A DNA stretch of 64,000 nucleotides. Source: Styela clava. Lineage: Eukaryota. Of the stretch, positions 13,767-25,961 are shown piece by piece (the first letter of the stretch is position 1; every line of letters starts with the position of its first letter). The notes beneath the pieces are model-generated. The model saw only the letters and a list, made by a program, of their open reading frames with translations, did no database searches and had not been told where the DNA came from. The position numbers and the translations under genes are program-made. The stretch covers positions 12,710,001 through 12,774,000 of the forward strand of contig NC_135264.1 of assembly GCF_964204865.1 (NCBI RefSeq), given 5' to 3'.

Positions 13767-15100
13767 TTTCTAGTTGTGACTCATTGTTAAGTTATCCCTC
13801 ATAATTATTGCATTTCCCCATAATTATTGAATTTATATTTTAGGTAGGAACGTGATTTCTAAAAATATCAACTCCCACCAACACCAGGAAGGTGCTCAGT
13901 TACTAAAATGCATAATTGTCTGGTACGGAGATCGAACAGTGTAACGGGTGCAAATCCATATAACGAATTACGCTGGTTATCTCGAGCAGAGCTGATCACT
14001 GGTTTGAGAAGTTTCAATGACGTGTATTCGGAAGCGTGTCAGTCATTCAATGAAAAATGATGACTCTAAACTAAAAAAACTCTAAAAAGTCCAGCTCTAA
14101 ACTTGTTGATAGTAATTTATTATAAAGTAATCGTTCCTAAATAATACGCGTTTTTTCAGGTGTGGTTCAACATTGCAGAACGTCTATCAGGTCACGCTAA
14201 TAGAGATGTTGTTCACGCTATTAACTGCAAAGATGTCTATCAATTCACATGAATATGTTTCAAATAGTTTATGATTGTTTTCTTCCTTTCGTTTTTGTCT
14301 AGTTCAACACTACAAACAGCTTTTTTTTTACTGCCCAGTACTTAAGCTGCTTACCATATTCTAGACTAGTGCCCTTCAGTCAGGATTGCACTGAACAGCC
14401 TGGAGCCACGGTCTCGCGGTTATAATCTCAATAATAATATGGCGCCGCTTCAAACTCAATGCTTCTATAACATTTTACTCTTGAATGAGTTCTCTTCTCA
14501 GTGGGTACTTTAACATACTTATTAAAAAATTCACTATATTTAGGCGTTGGTGATTGAACATTGGTATTTAAGAAGCAGCCCGGCCTAAATACGAGCAGCT
14601 TTTTCACCCAGAGTTATAGTCCTCTATAGTTGCTTCTTTAAGCTAGTACCGGTTTTTTATAATGGATATTTCTCAATGCGTTGACCCCATGATTAACGCA
14701 GAGATAATGTTTTTAGGCTGCACCTGCACTGGCGATTTGTTGAGTCGATCATTGCATAGATGAGTTCCATACCTGCATCAATCGCCACATTACAAAAGAC
14801 TTGTAAGATTTTGAATTATTTTCAGTATTAGCCCTGATATCTGACTATAAAAGATTTTAGCCTGGCCAGTCTTCCTGCGGTATAGTGCGGAAATGTAGAA
14901 GACCAGCCGTGTATATTGCACTCCGGGTGACATACTAATGTATGCATCAGGTTGATATATTTGAGTATTCGCCCTGCCTGCCAATACTTCTCAGATTTAA
15001 ACGTAATTGAAAAACATTGGTTTTTGGTTGGTGTGGGACCGCACATTTTGTAGATTCTTGTCCAACTATGCAAACGGGAGTATATTTGTCTTTTTTAAAA
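9835..15100 (+). pseudogene. Decayed multi-exon gene (or TE-borne gene) of unknown family; its 5' part is included in the triplication
   Basis: Series of GC-richer blocks bounded by (Y)nAG acceptors and GT donors, separated by short AT-rich introns. Protein-like frames are broken by stops (e.g. KYQLPPTPGRCSVTKMHNCLVRRS..RWLSRAELITGLRSFNDVYSEAC near 13.86-14.06 kb; VWFNIAERLSGHANRDVVHAINCKDVY from 14160). Confidence 0.45.
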
Positions 15101-16024
15101 ATGTATCTCGTAGTTCTTGCTCAACTGCCCCCGGAAAAAAAGTTTTATTTCATTAGGGGGTAAATATTAGAACAAAAGTAGAAAAGTAATCAACAATATT
15201 CTGAAATTTACCCGATTCCCACGTCGAAGCAAATCGAGAACGAAAATTGAACCTAAACTTCGTTCTCTTTCAGATGCAACAACCCGTAGTCGAATTAAAA
15301 GTCCTTTGTAATGCCGATCAAAGTAAGCTTGCATTCCCAGAGTTGGAGGTGGAGTCTGGTTTAGTTGTTCCTGCATGGAATTTGCCGGAGTCGCAAGTCT
15401 GGAATCTGAACTCTAGCGAAATTTTTAATTTATCTAATCGCTATTTTTTGCCAAATACGTTTTTATTTATTAGCTCTTTTATCGATTTCAAGTTTTCTCC
15501 CGGGGTCGTATAGCGTCAAATCTTCAAAATGCCTAATTTTCTGAAATTATTTCTATTTTTATCTTGTCAGACAAGTCGTATAGAATATGTTCTTGTGCTA
15601 ATATTTTGCAATTTGCTAATAAATTTGAAAAATTAAATTTTGCGTGGGAAGTTGACGTTCGGGGAAACAAAGTTTTATTTATTATAGGGAAACTGTAATT
15701 AGCGCTTTGATGCTAGGTGTGGGTGTATTCAGTGATGATTCGTGACGTCACCAGCTAGGTTTACGGATGGGTTTCTTAGGGAAAGGTGTGACGTCATCAA
15801 ATTTTGCAGCGGCGTCAGAAACCAGAAATAATGCTTCGTATACTTTATGTATGGCCGATCGTTTTTCATAGATAATTCGAGCATGAAACCAGTAATTTAT
15901 GTACAATCGAGCTTGATCATATATGATCACAATATGAAAATTGAAAATTTCTGATTTTCTGGGTCTCAGCCTTCAATTTGAGCTGTTTTTCGATCAATTT
16001 GGATTCGAAGGAGCTTTCGGAGTA

Positions 16025-16107
16025 GGACTTCGTGGGTTTGAACCAGGAGCATCAAGGCAAACGAGGAACTTAAATTGTACGCCGCCACCCACTAGCCCAC
16101 GATTGGC
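16025..16107 (-). other. tRNA-like Pol III cassette (not a functional tRNA)
   Basis: Minus strand TGGGCTAGTGGG (A box, 16099-16088) and GGTTCAAACCC (B box, 16044-16034). Confidence 0.5.
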
Positions 16108-16225
16108 GATGGTATATTTTTAACTAACTTCTGATATTTATCTCCAGATGTTCAATTCTGTCGATCTTATCTAACTTTTATTTACTTATATATAAATAGT
16201 AGAACTTAGTTCTTTAAAGCAGCTC

Positions 16226-16302
16226 ACGTTCACTTAGTCTAGTCGGTAAAGGCGGTGGACATTTAGACCTTTATGCTCATGGTTCGAGTCTCATTTGCTG
16301 TG
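16226..16302 (+). other. tRNA-like Pol III cassette (not a functional tRNA)
   Basis: TAGTCTAGTCGGTAAAGGC (A box/D-arm, from 16235) and GGTTCGAGTC (B box, 16281-16290); anticodon and acceptor stems pair poorly. Confidence 0.6.
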
Positions 16303-17131
16303 CGTTGTCTTCTCATTCGTTGTGCGTTCCAGATAATAAACTGTACGTTTTGCAAGGCTGATTAGATGCTTCAAACTCCAAAATCAGGGAAATATCAAAG
16401 GTTCACAGACGTGAAAAAACGGAATTTTAATATTTATATGCATATCATATATGATCATACATGATTCAACGTAAATCTCTTGAATCACGCTCGGATCATC
16501 TATTGCATACGATCGGCCACACATAAGTTATTCCGGATTAAATTTCCCGGTTCTGGGCACCCGACCACCAGCCACGCTACAGTGCCTGCCCGCCGAACCG
16601 TAAATCACGTGCCAAAAATCACGCCCAGTCAGGGCCCAGGGCGCTCACTACGCTATCTTTTCAGTCTTTCTTGTTATGTAGCCCAAAATCTATTCTGCTT
16701 GAAATTCTTTTTGAATCCCTAATATATAATTTAATTAATTCATCAAGCAATATCAATGTTGTCAGTTTATTCGCACCATAATAATAGATGTACAAGCATT
16801 CGCAAACAATGAATAAGCATAATAACAATGAAAAGGCATTTTTATACGTTCACCATCTCGTTAAAAGAGTTATAGCGACATACGGATCGAACTATCGTAC
16901 ACCACATCCGTATGAATGGGGACCTAGTCTACTTTAGCCAATACCAGTTTAGACAGAATTCGAATTAGGCAAATCCGGGAATAAAAGAATATTATCCTGG
17001 GGCGCACCGAATTTTCACTGTAGTAAATATTCTAGTGCAGTCAGTATGCAAGGGGTATCAACTTCTGGTTTTGCGGGTACCGGCATCAATCACTCGAATT
17101 TCATAATACAAGTTGGACAGAATGCTTGGCA

Positions 17132-17190
17132 ATTTTAGGAATAAATGTTATGAATAGAAATATTTTAGGAATAAATGTTATGAATAGAAA
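17132..17190 (+). repeat. 30-bp tandem duplication
   Basis: ATTTTAGGAATAAATGTTATGAATAGAAA(T) x2. Confidence 0.9.
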
Positions 17191-17539
17191 TAGAATTTAT
17201 AATATATATATATAATATAATAATTATAATTAGTGTATTCAACTCCATTCTGGCCTTGGGTTAACCGCTTTTCACTCGAGAACGGTTCCAAATTCCATCT
17301 TCGTTTTACCTCAGATGCAGACGAACCTATAAATACAAAAAAAAAGTAAAATAATCAGAATGTTTGGGTTACACGGGTTAGTAACCAAGGACATGGACGC
17401 TCAGAACGGTTAAGTTTTATAAATCATGATTAGCACTAAATTAAAAATATTGAAACAAATCATTTATACATCTCCATTCAAACCATTTTTGTTTTACCGG
17501 CATTCAGTCATCTCGTGGCGCTCCAAAAGTATGTGTACC

Positions 17540-19173
17540 CAGGGGCGCAGCCGGGATTTTTTAACGGGGGAGGGGGGTTACGGTGAAATTAAAACATTAC
17601 ACCAAAAGTGCTATTAACGACGACGTAATAATGCGTTCATAACTACAATGCATGGTCGTTCACAGCGAAATTCCACAGTTACGTGTAGCCTGCCTCTTTG
17701 CCTGACGGTGTTTGAATATTTTGCAAGTCCTATTTCAAACATCGACCATTAATCCGTAGTCAGCGGGTACCAGCATTTAGAAATAAAATAATAAAAATCG
17801 CGAAATTAATTTTAGAGAGAACTATAACTCGCAGATGAGTAGCGTCATGATTGATATATGTACAAAAAACACGCTCGCATAGAGCACCGATCAAATGCAT
17901 TAAATGTGAAATGATTATTAACATGCGCCGTGATTAGTGGCGGGTAAAATCGTATTTTTTAATAGAGTTATTGGAATATTGAATATTTTCAGCGAACACC
18001 GAAAAATAAGTATTGTCATTTTAAACATTAATTTGGATGTCGACCGCCAGAACATTCGCCCTGACAATCAATCTTTTTTTGTTGGATTTCACTAGAAGAC
18101 TGAAAACTCCTTAACAATGCGGCGTTTATTTCATTTCAATTTTGTCATAATCGAGGGCTGCAGTAAATTTTTTGTCACCGCGATTGTTTCGGCGGCCGAC
18201 ATTCCAATTAATGTTTTTAAGTTAAATTAAAGCACTTTTTTATTCAAATATTAAATCTCACGCAACGGCGGATATCGTATTTGGTTTTTATATTTTGGAC
18301 AGAATTGCGAGTTCACATCGGCTATTAAGAAGCGCATTCACAACACAAATTTTATTCTCATTTTTATCTTCTGTGTAGGATTTGTATCACAGTTTGTAAA
18401 TTACGGTCCCAATTTTAAGTGAACAATATTATCATTACTAATCCCGGGATGCGATATTCGTGAAGCGGATAGACATTTTCATGCTTTTAATTTTAGATCG
18501 TGTTCGTGTTACTTTCGTATTTCGTATTCCGCAAATTGATAATTGAGTATTTACGTAACTCAGCTTTCTATAAATTTCCATAAAATACATTATTTACCTG
18601 ACTTAGGTGCTGACACGCTTTATGCAAAATTAGGAATTGAAAAATATGACGCAAAGAGGCAAGGAATTTTTTTTTTACATTTCTCGTTTCTACCAGTTAG
18701 CGGTAGCCGTCGGTAAATTCTTACCCGTAACTCGTTGTAAATTAATGTTAATAACTTCTATTTTGCTTTTCAATGCGCCGTGCTTTGTATTAGAATAAAA
18801 GTGATTCATTCGGGAAGAGAGAAAGTCCTTAAATTAGCCTCTAAACCCTTCTCTACTTTTGAGCGCCCATAACGGCGGTTAAATCGTTTCATGTGTGTTT
18901 CATGGAGAGAAGGAAAAAACATGCTTTCCTGAATTACAATCAACAATTACAAATTTTTATTTAATTCTTATCAGCACTAACTAAAAAAGTTAGAATATCT
19001 TGAAGACGGAAAAAGTCTGTAGGTGTTACTTGCGTTACGGTGATAACGCGCAAAATAATATCGCTTGGACCGCGAAACCATGATGCACGACTAAGCCGTT
19101 GCTTTTTTGTAGATGGAATTCACATCAAATTTTTTTCTCAAACGGGGGTATCCCCCCGATGGCTGCGTTCCTG
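17540..19173. mobile_element. Non-autonomous hAT (Tip100-like) DNA element, ~1.6 kb
   Basis: TIRs CAGGGGCGCAGCC... / ...GGCTGCGTTCCTG with G/C-run subterminals; degenerate 8-bp TSD TGTGTACC / CGTGTGCC. Confidence 0.7.
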
Positions 19174-20521
19174 CGTGTGCCAATATGGAGGTAACTAATT
19201 TTGTTCGCTTTGTTTACATCAAGTTGTGTGAAGGGAGTGAAACCTACGGGCAGGGTTTAACACAGACAGTCCCCGAGCTCGTAATATAACTGAAATAAGG
19301 AAAATCGGAATAAAATTATGGCACAACCATGACCTGGTTCACATACTACGGGAGTACCCATCTCGCATCTTGGAGTTTGGAATAAATCACATTTTTGTCA
19401 ACCCGGGACACTGTATTCGGCCTGCAGTCAGACATCAATATATAATAAACATTTTAATTGTCAGCTTGAATTTTGAAAATTTTCACCTGTATAATGCGCA
19501 CGAGCAAAAGTCATAGTCGATCCAAGTTCTTCGTCCGCTGCTGCGCTTCAACTAAGTAACCCATTTGGTTCACCTGTGAATAGTTACACTTTCATTCATA
19601 AATATGCATATTTGCCTGTTTGGCATTGTGAGTCTTAATTTATTACAACCTGAACGACGCCTTCACGGACATGAGATATTAACAAATGACTTATAACGTT
19701 TAAACGGTCATATCATATCATATCGCCGCCACGGCGTTGGAAGGATACATAAAACTTCGCACAAACTTAGCTTAGCAAGTAATAGGGTATGTCTGTGTTA
19801 TGCGAAGTGGATTTAATGAGCGCCACAGTAAGAATATATCTTATATTACAATCTGCCACGATCTGACATATATTTTTTCAAAATTACACTCACCCAATTC
19901 TTAGTATCCCAGAACGGTCAGCGAAATGAGCAGCGAAAATGACGTCGAGATATTTTTTTAGAAGCGAGACTGCGCGGTCGATATCGACTAGGTGCTTTGT
20001 CTGTTGCTGCTTTCCGAGTGGAGAGTCCTGCATTTATATAAAGTTATACTTAATCAAACTTAATCATCAATGTGGTTTTATTTCAAAGGATAAGCAAAAT
20101 CAATAAATAGCATAATATCGTACGAAGGGGTGCTTGTATCGAACGTTATTTTAATAACCTTACAACACTTAGATGGTCACCTAAAGGACGTCAAATCAAA
20201 CTAACAGCGTAAATGACGTCACGCATCTTTCGCAGTGTGGTTTTGTTTAAAATTATAAGTAATACTTTTATTTTAAAATACTCCTAGATTGGTAATGGTC
20301 CAATGCATTTAAATATTCTTACCCAGAGAACGTTAACTCTTGAACGCCATAGAGCGAATGACGTTGCGCATCTTTCACAGCTCCGCCTGAAATAAAAGAC
20401 AATTAAATGATTCGAATCAACTTCGGTGCTCTTTAGTTTTAAAGCACATTGTACTTCTCTTGATTCACACGGACTAGCTACATCTGAAACAAATACCAAA
20501 TGTTGTTATCAAGTTTATTTT

Positions 20522-20623
20522 CCTGTAGTAAGCAGACGATATAGTTTAATAATCAACGTTGCGCATGTACAGCCTGTAGTAAGCAGACGATTTAGTTTAA
20601 TAATCAACGTTGCGCATGTACAG
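20522..20623 (+). repeat. 51-bp tandem duplication
   Basis: CCTGTAGTAAGCAGACGAT(A/T)TAGTTTAATAATCAACGTTGCGCATGTACAG x2. Confidence 0.9.
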
Positions 20624-20735
20624 TTGAAATTCGAAAGTTTATCTATCCAAAACAAAACAAATCCAATTAGCAAGATCATTTCCTTTCAGTAGCTCATGAC
20701 TGCAATTACCACGGAATATAATAAAAACATTACCA

Positions 20736-22360
20736 TCATTTTTACCTGCCGCAAAAACCTTCCTCGATCCCACATTATGCCGCTCACAGGACCAGCAGTG
20801 TGAATGGCACTTTATGCTTCGGATTTTCGTTGATGTCTAAAAAGATGAATCCAATGATATCATTTAAATCCTATTAGCAAGAATTTCAATTCTAATATGC
20901 CCAGACACTCACCTAGCATCATTACGAATCCTATCGAATCAACAGACGCTTTGTATTGCGGTAATTCATTTCCCTCGCTCTATCTTCTGCATCTAAAACC
21001 AACGTTTTCAGTAAAATATTGCATCGGGCATCGCCACGATCAAGGTTTAGGAATAACAGGAACCGTCAATACTATTACTCGTCCCTAACTTATAAGCCAT
21101 TCGTGTTCGGGATGACAATGATTGTTCGTTAAATTCAAGCGTTACTGCCGTGTAAAATATACCTCGATAGTGTCTAATTATGATTTGAAAGAACATCAAT
21201 CAGCAACGAAAAATTAAATACATAACATTATGCACACTTACCACTACTTCACTAGGTCACAAAAACGGCGCCGAACAGCCAGTAACCCAAATATAAGTGA
21301 ATAAAACATGTATAAAAAAAAAAAACTTGTCCATAAAAAAGTTAGGAAATAACAATTCTACAACACTGAGCTGACAAAAGTAGCTTTTCCCAATAACCAT
21401 TACCCACATTTGGCTCTCTTTATACAAAACTATCAGCTAAACCGCGACATTCACTTTTGCGACTACTCTACTACACTTTACACTACCTGAATCCTGACCA
21501 AAGGCCGCACCTTCGCTGTACACGATGCAACTGAGTTTCCCCGACGTCATTTTTACCTGCCGCAAAAACCTTCCTCGATCCCACATTATGCCGCTCACAG
21601 GACCAGCAGTGTGAATGGCACTTTATGCTTCGGATTTTCGTTGATGTCTAAAAAGATGAATCCAATGATATCATTTAAATCCTATTAGCAAGAATTTCAA
21701 TTCTAATATGCCCAGACACTCACCTAGCATCATTACGAATCCTATCGAATCAACAGACGCTTTGTATTGCGGTAATTCATTTCCCTCGCTCTATCTTCTG
21801 CATCTAAAACCAACGTTTTCAGTAAAATATTGCATCGGGCATCGCCACGATCAAGGTTTAGGAATAACAGGAACCGTCAATACTATTACTCGTCCCTAAC
21901 TTATAAGCCATTCGTGTTCGGGATGACAATGATTGTTCGTTAAATTCAAGCGTTACTGCCGTGTAAAATATACCTCGATAGTGTCTAATTATGATTTGAA
22001 AGAACATCAATCAGCAACGAAAAATTAAATACATAACATTATGCACACTTACCACTACTTCACTAGGTCACAAAAACGGCGCCGAACAGCCAGTAACCCA
22101 AATATAAGTGAATAAAACATGTATAAAAAAAAAAAACTTGTCCATAAAAAAGTTAGGAAATAACAATTCTACAACACTGAGCTGACAAAAGTAGCTTTTC
22201 CCAATAACCATTACCCACATTTGGCTCTCTTTATACAAAACTATCAGCTAAACCGCGACATTCACTTTTGCGACTACTCTACTACACTTTACACTACCTG
22301 AATCCTGACCAAAGGCCGCACCTTCGCTGTACACGATGCAACTGAGTTTCCCCGACGTCA
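20736..22360 (+). repeat. 811-bp tandem duplication, no differences seen
   Basis: TCATTTTTACCTGCCGC at 20736 and 21547; identical 63-aa ORFs at 20897 and 21708; 3-bp TCA microhomology at the junction. Confidence 0.97.
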
Positions 22361-23684
22361 ACATCGCCCGCGTGTTGTGATTAGAAGAAGGCAATCATAA
22401 TAAAGAAACAAAATAATGAAAGAATCGAGTCTTGATGTCAGCCAGTGATTGGTTAATGAGGGAAATCACGTGATTTGTTTACGTCCCTTTATCTCAAACA
22501 CTTGTGCGTCTTGTTTTGTTTAACCACGAATTACAAATGGCGGATGAGAAGTGTGAATTGAGAAAAATCCTTTTTTAAGATTATGTCTTGTAACTTTATT
22601 TATTGAGAATCCAAGTGAAAAAGTAATATTTTGAGGCAAAATGTAGACTAGAATATATGGGTAATTAATATTTCAGCATTTGTGATAAATTTATATTTGG
22701 ATACTTCCATAAACAATATGCTCAGATTTACGGTACTTGCCAGGTTCACCAACGTTTGTTACGTACTAATGTTTTCGGTAGAGCGTGTCGTGCTCTGGAT
22801 AAACACTGTAAAAACATGTGATAAATATTACTCCAAATCACCGATAGGGATTTTCATATTCATCTCGGGAAAGAGCTGTATGAGACCGCTCAATCGTAAG
22901 GCAAACCACGGTTACCAGAATCTCTCATCTGGTTACCAGTTCATCAGGTATGGGACTAGTTGTGCTTATTCAATTTCCTATTATGACGTTCCGATAATTC
23001 AAAATTAGATTTTACTTAGCCCTTGTTATTTGTAATTCGAACCTGGTATACAAAAACAATATTCAAAATTCCTGTTCATTATTTCCACAATGCAAATGCA
23101 AAACCGCATTAAGCCAGACAAGACTATATATCTTCCTATAATCGTCACATTTTCTCACTACAACTTTTCTAGCTTTCCTTTTACTTCGTTACATTGTCCG
23201 TTTTGGGGCTTACAATAATCAATCAAAGTTAGGGTGTTAAAATAAAGTATATTAAATTGTTCAGCCTACAGTATTTAAAATGCATTACCAATTACATGAA
23301 CCTGCATGCGTCATCGCCAACGTCTACACGAATTCAACATATTACTAATAATCTGTCTAGTAGGCCTTCCCACAATTTACAATATTTAGGAACTTGCTAA
23401 AATTATTAACGAGACACAACGCATAATTCTAATTGTTACGTTGTTTCATAATTACAATTGTTACGTAATGATAATGCCACAATTTCGCCATCTAATCGAA
23501 AACTTTGGAAATACTTTGCGACCCACTGGTTGGGAAGCACTAGTCTGATGAATCAACACAATTTGCTAAATGACAGAAATCTTTTTGATTGATTATACAT
23601 ACAAAAAATTCCATCTAACTTCTAGTTATTCCTGAAAGCAACTGCGTCATTTCTCTCTTCACGCTACTATGAAAAGTTGAATTA

Positions 23685-23764
23685 TTTCCTGCAGAACTTC
23701 CTGTTGATTAAATCCATCAGTATGTAACTGACTCACAAAATTGGCAACGTAATGAATGAATCAT
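23685..23764 (-). promoter_or_regulatory. Conserved distal AP-1 + ETS module, inverted copy belonging to the pseudogene unit
   Basis: Reverse complement of the module at 35261, 47198 etc.; ACTTCCTGT at 23696-23704 and TGACTCA at 23729-23735 are intact despite flanking divergence. Confidence 0.6.
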
Positions 23765-25434
23765 TTAATATTTGAGTAAAGTGGAAAAGTTTATATGACG
23801 ACAAAATAATTTGAAAAATGTACTTCGACCAGATTTAAAATAGAAAAAAAAATTTTGTTTCACTATTTTGCCCGAATACAACAACAGTGCGTCAAATATG
23901 TCTATTGAGTCATTGTAACATTCAAAATATTTGTATGCAACTCAGTTCTAAATTTATTTATAGGTGTATCGTTGATTTGTTGACCACAAAAATGCTATTT
24001 CTTTTGCAATTTGAAAAAATAAAAATGAGTTTTGAAACAAGTACCTCCTAAATAGATTCTGAATTGTTGATATTTAATCGGAATTTATTTAAACCTATTT
24101 TTAAAATGTAGTTGTAAAACGTTTCGAATAACAATGTAAACGTTCGACGCTGCTTTACCCTCCAAAATTTGATTAATTTTTTGTATTTCCTCGAGAACTT
24201 AATTATTAAGCCTACAATGTTTTTTAAATTAAATATTTTTCTTTTTGAGACCTTACTTACATTAAAGTTGTAAACGGTGATGAATAAAATAAATTATACT
24301 GGTTATACTAAATTTTTTAATAAGGCCTTTTTTCAGGATACACGGCAAAGAGAAACAAAACAAAATTATTTTTTGTATTATGTTAACGCTTTGTTATAAA
24401 ATTGAAAAGAATCAAGTTTTGTAAAAATGAAATAAAAAGCATAGATGTTGTAATTTAGACAATTTATATGTATTAACATCAAATGTCTTTTCTGTATGTA
24501 AGCTTGATAACTCTTTAAATTAAGGTCAAATATCACAAGCTCTGTTTTCTCTAGCATCAGAGAGAAATATTTGTCCATTCATTCAATATTTGACGAGTAT
24601 AGAATACATGTACGTAGACATTTTTCGTTGATGAGTCATACAACCCACGTCAGACATCCAGCTAGGCCACAAAAAAATTAGTTTTTCCATGCACACAACG
24701 CATTAAAAAATTAGCGACAATCAGAGCGCCGCGGGAAAAGCAAGAAATGGAAATCCTGCTATCGAGTAGCCTCCCAGTAAGGCACAGGGCAAAACGGCGA
24801 AAGACTTTTAACGCAGCGGCAAGAGCAAAAATCCTTATGTATTATTATCAATGTGAGCTCCTTTTCATGCATGAACTGTCATATAGGATTTTATGCTCGA
24901 TGAGAAATATTTTAAGTGTTGATAAAGGCCACACTAAATGGCTACTGTGACGCAATGGAAAGTTAAAATAATTTCTCTCTAATTAAAATGTTGATTCACT
25001 CCCCCCCTCCCCCAACCCTATTTCGGTATAAAGTGACTTGATGTAACGATAAAACAAAAGTATGACGTCAAACGCCATGTCGTAAAAAGTTAAAATATAT
25101 ATATTTATTTGTTTTTATCGAGACATCAATTGTTACATATTTGATTAATAAAACACATGCATTTTTATACCAACATCTTTTTATTATGTTATTAAAATAT
25201 ACAATATTCCAATTTAAAATAATAATAATTGTTATAGAACATGGTATTTTTATACATTTTTATATTTACAGATGGTTTAATAAAAATTGCACTTTAGCCA
25301 TACAAACACATAAAACTATAAATTTGGTATTGCATAAATAGGAAAAAAACATGGGTATAGAAATATATATAAAATAAATTATTAATAACTTTTCAATTAA
25401 TGAGCAATGTTTAAAAATATGTACTTTAAGTTTG

Positions 25435-25961
25435 CCACAAAACATTACAATTTGGACTAGTTGTACAAATAGAAACTGAAGCAGCGACATTTGAGTTTTG
25501 AAGTTTCAAATGGGTTCCATATTCACTTGTTGCTGTGATAACTCCCATGTTAGCTTCATCAAATTTTTTTTATATATTTCCACCTTTCATTGTATCTTTC
25601 TAATAAATAAATACCATTCTATTCAATGGAGTGTTGTTGAAAATGAAAATCAGCATCTTCTATCTGTACATATTCAAGGAACTTTCATTCAAAACCTTGC
25701 GGCTCCATTTGAGATAAAATTGGCAAGGAAGAATGAATGTCATGATCATCGAGAATCATGTCATCGTAAAATCTTACATTGCAATTCCGTATGTTGTATT
25801 CTGATAAAGGAATGGAAGCCACCGATCGTTTTTTTTTCGGTTGATTACTGCTGAATTATCTATTCTGAATACCGGATGTGTTTTATCTTTTGGTCGGGAA
25901 AACTAGATAAAAGTAGAAAACCGCATCGTAACAGTCCAACAATTTGCATAAAGTTCTTCAT
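25435..25961 (-). pseudogene. Inverted pseudogene of the secreted beta-trefoil-like family
   Basis: Minus strand reads ATG AAG AAC TTT ATG CAA ATT GTT GGA... with a 1-nt deletion in the propeptide, +2 A in the RKKR run, an ~90-nt internal deletion (YVFAK..FDI), premature TAG and TAA, and the stop mutated to TGG after ..CTTSPNCNVL. Its promoter (ACAGGAAG 26156, TGAGTCA 26188) is retained. Confidence 0.93.

Larger units (their letters stand above)
15688..16658. repeat. ~1 kb imperfect inverted repeat (foldback element)
   Basis: TGGCCGATCG (15852) / CGATCGGCCA (16510-16519) and TGATCATATATGAT (15914) / ATCATATATGATCA (16444-16457) share a centre at ~16185; weaker outer match GTAATTAGCGC / GCGCTCACTAC. 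Confidence 0.75.

Noticed and set aside
16226-16302. Functional tRNA gene
   Set aside because: A and B boxes are present but the acceptor and anticodon stems do not pair and the T-stem has a gap; reported as tRNA-like only
20897-21899. Two identical 63-aa ORFs
   Set aside because: Identity is explained by the 811-bp duplication; no recognisable protein features
25498-25854. 118-aa + strand ORF (and the 25266-25490 minus ORF)
   Set aside because: Antisense or off-frame shadow of the inverted pseudogene
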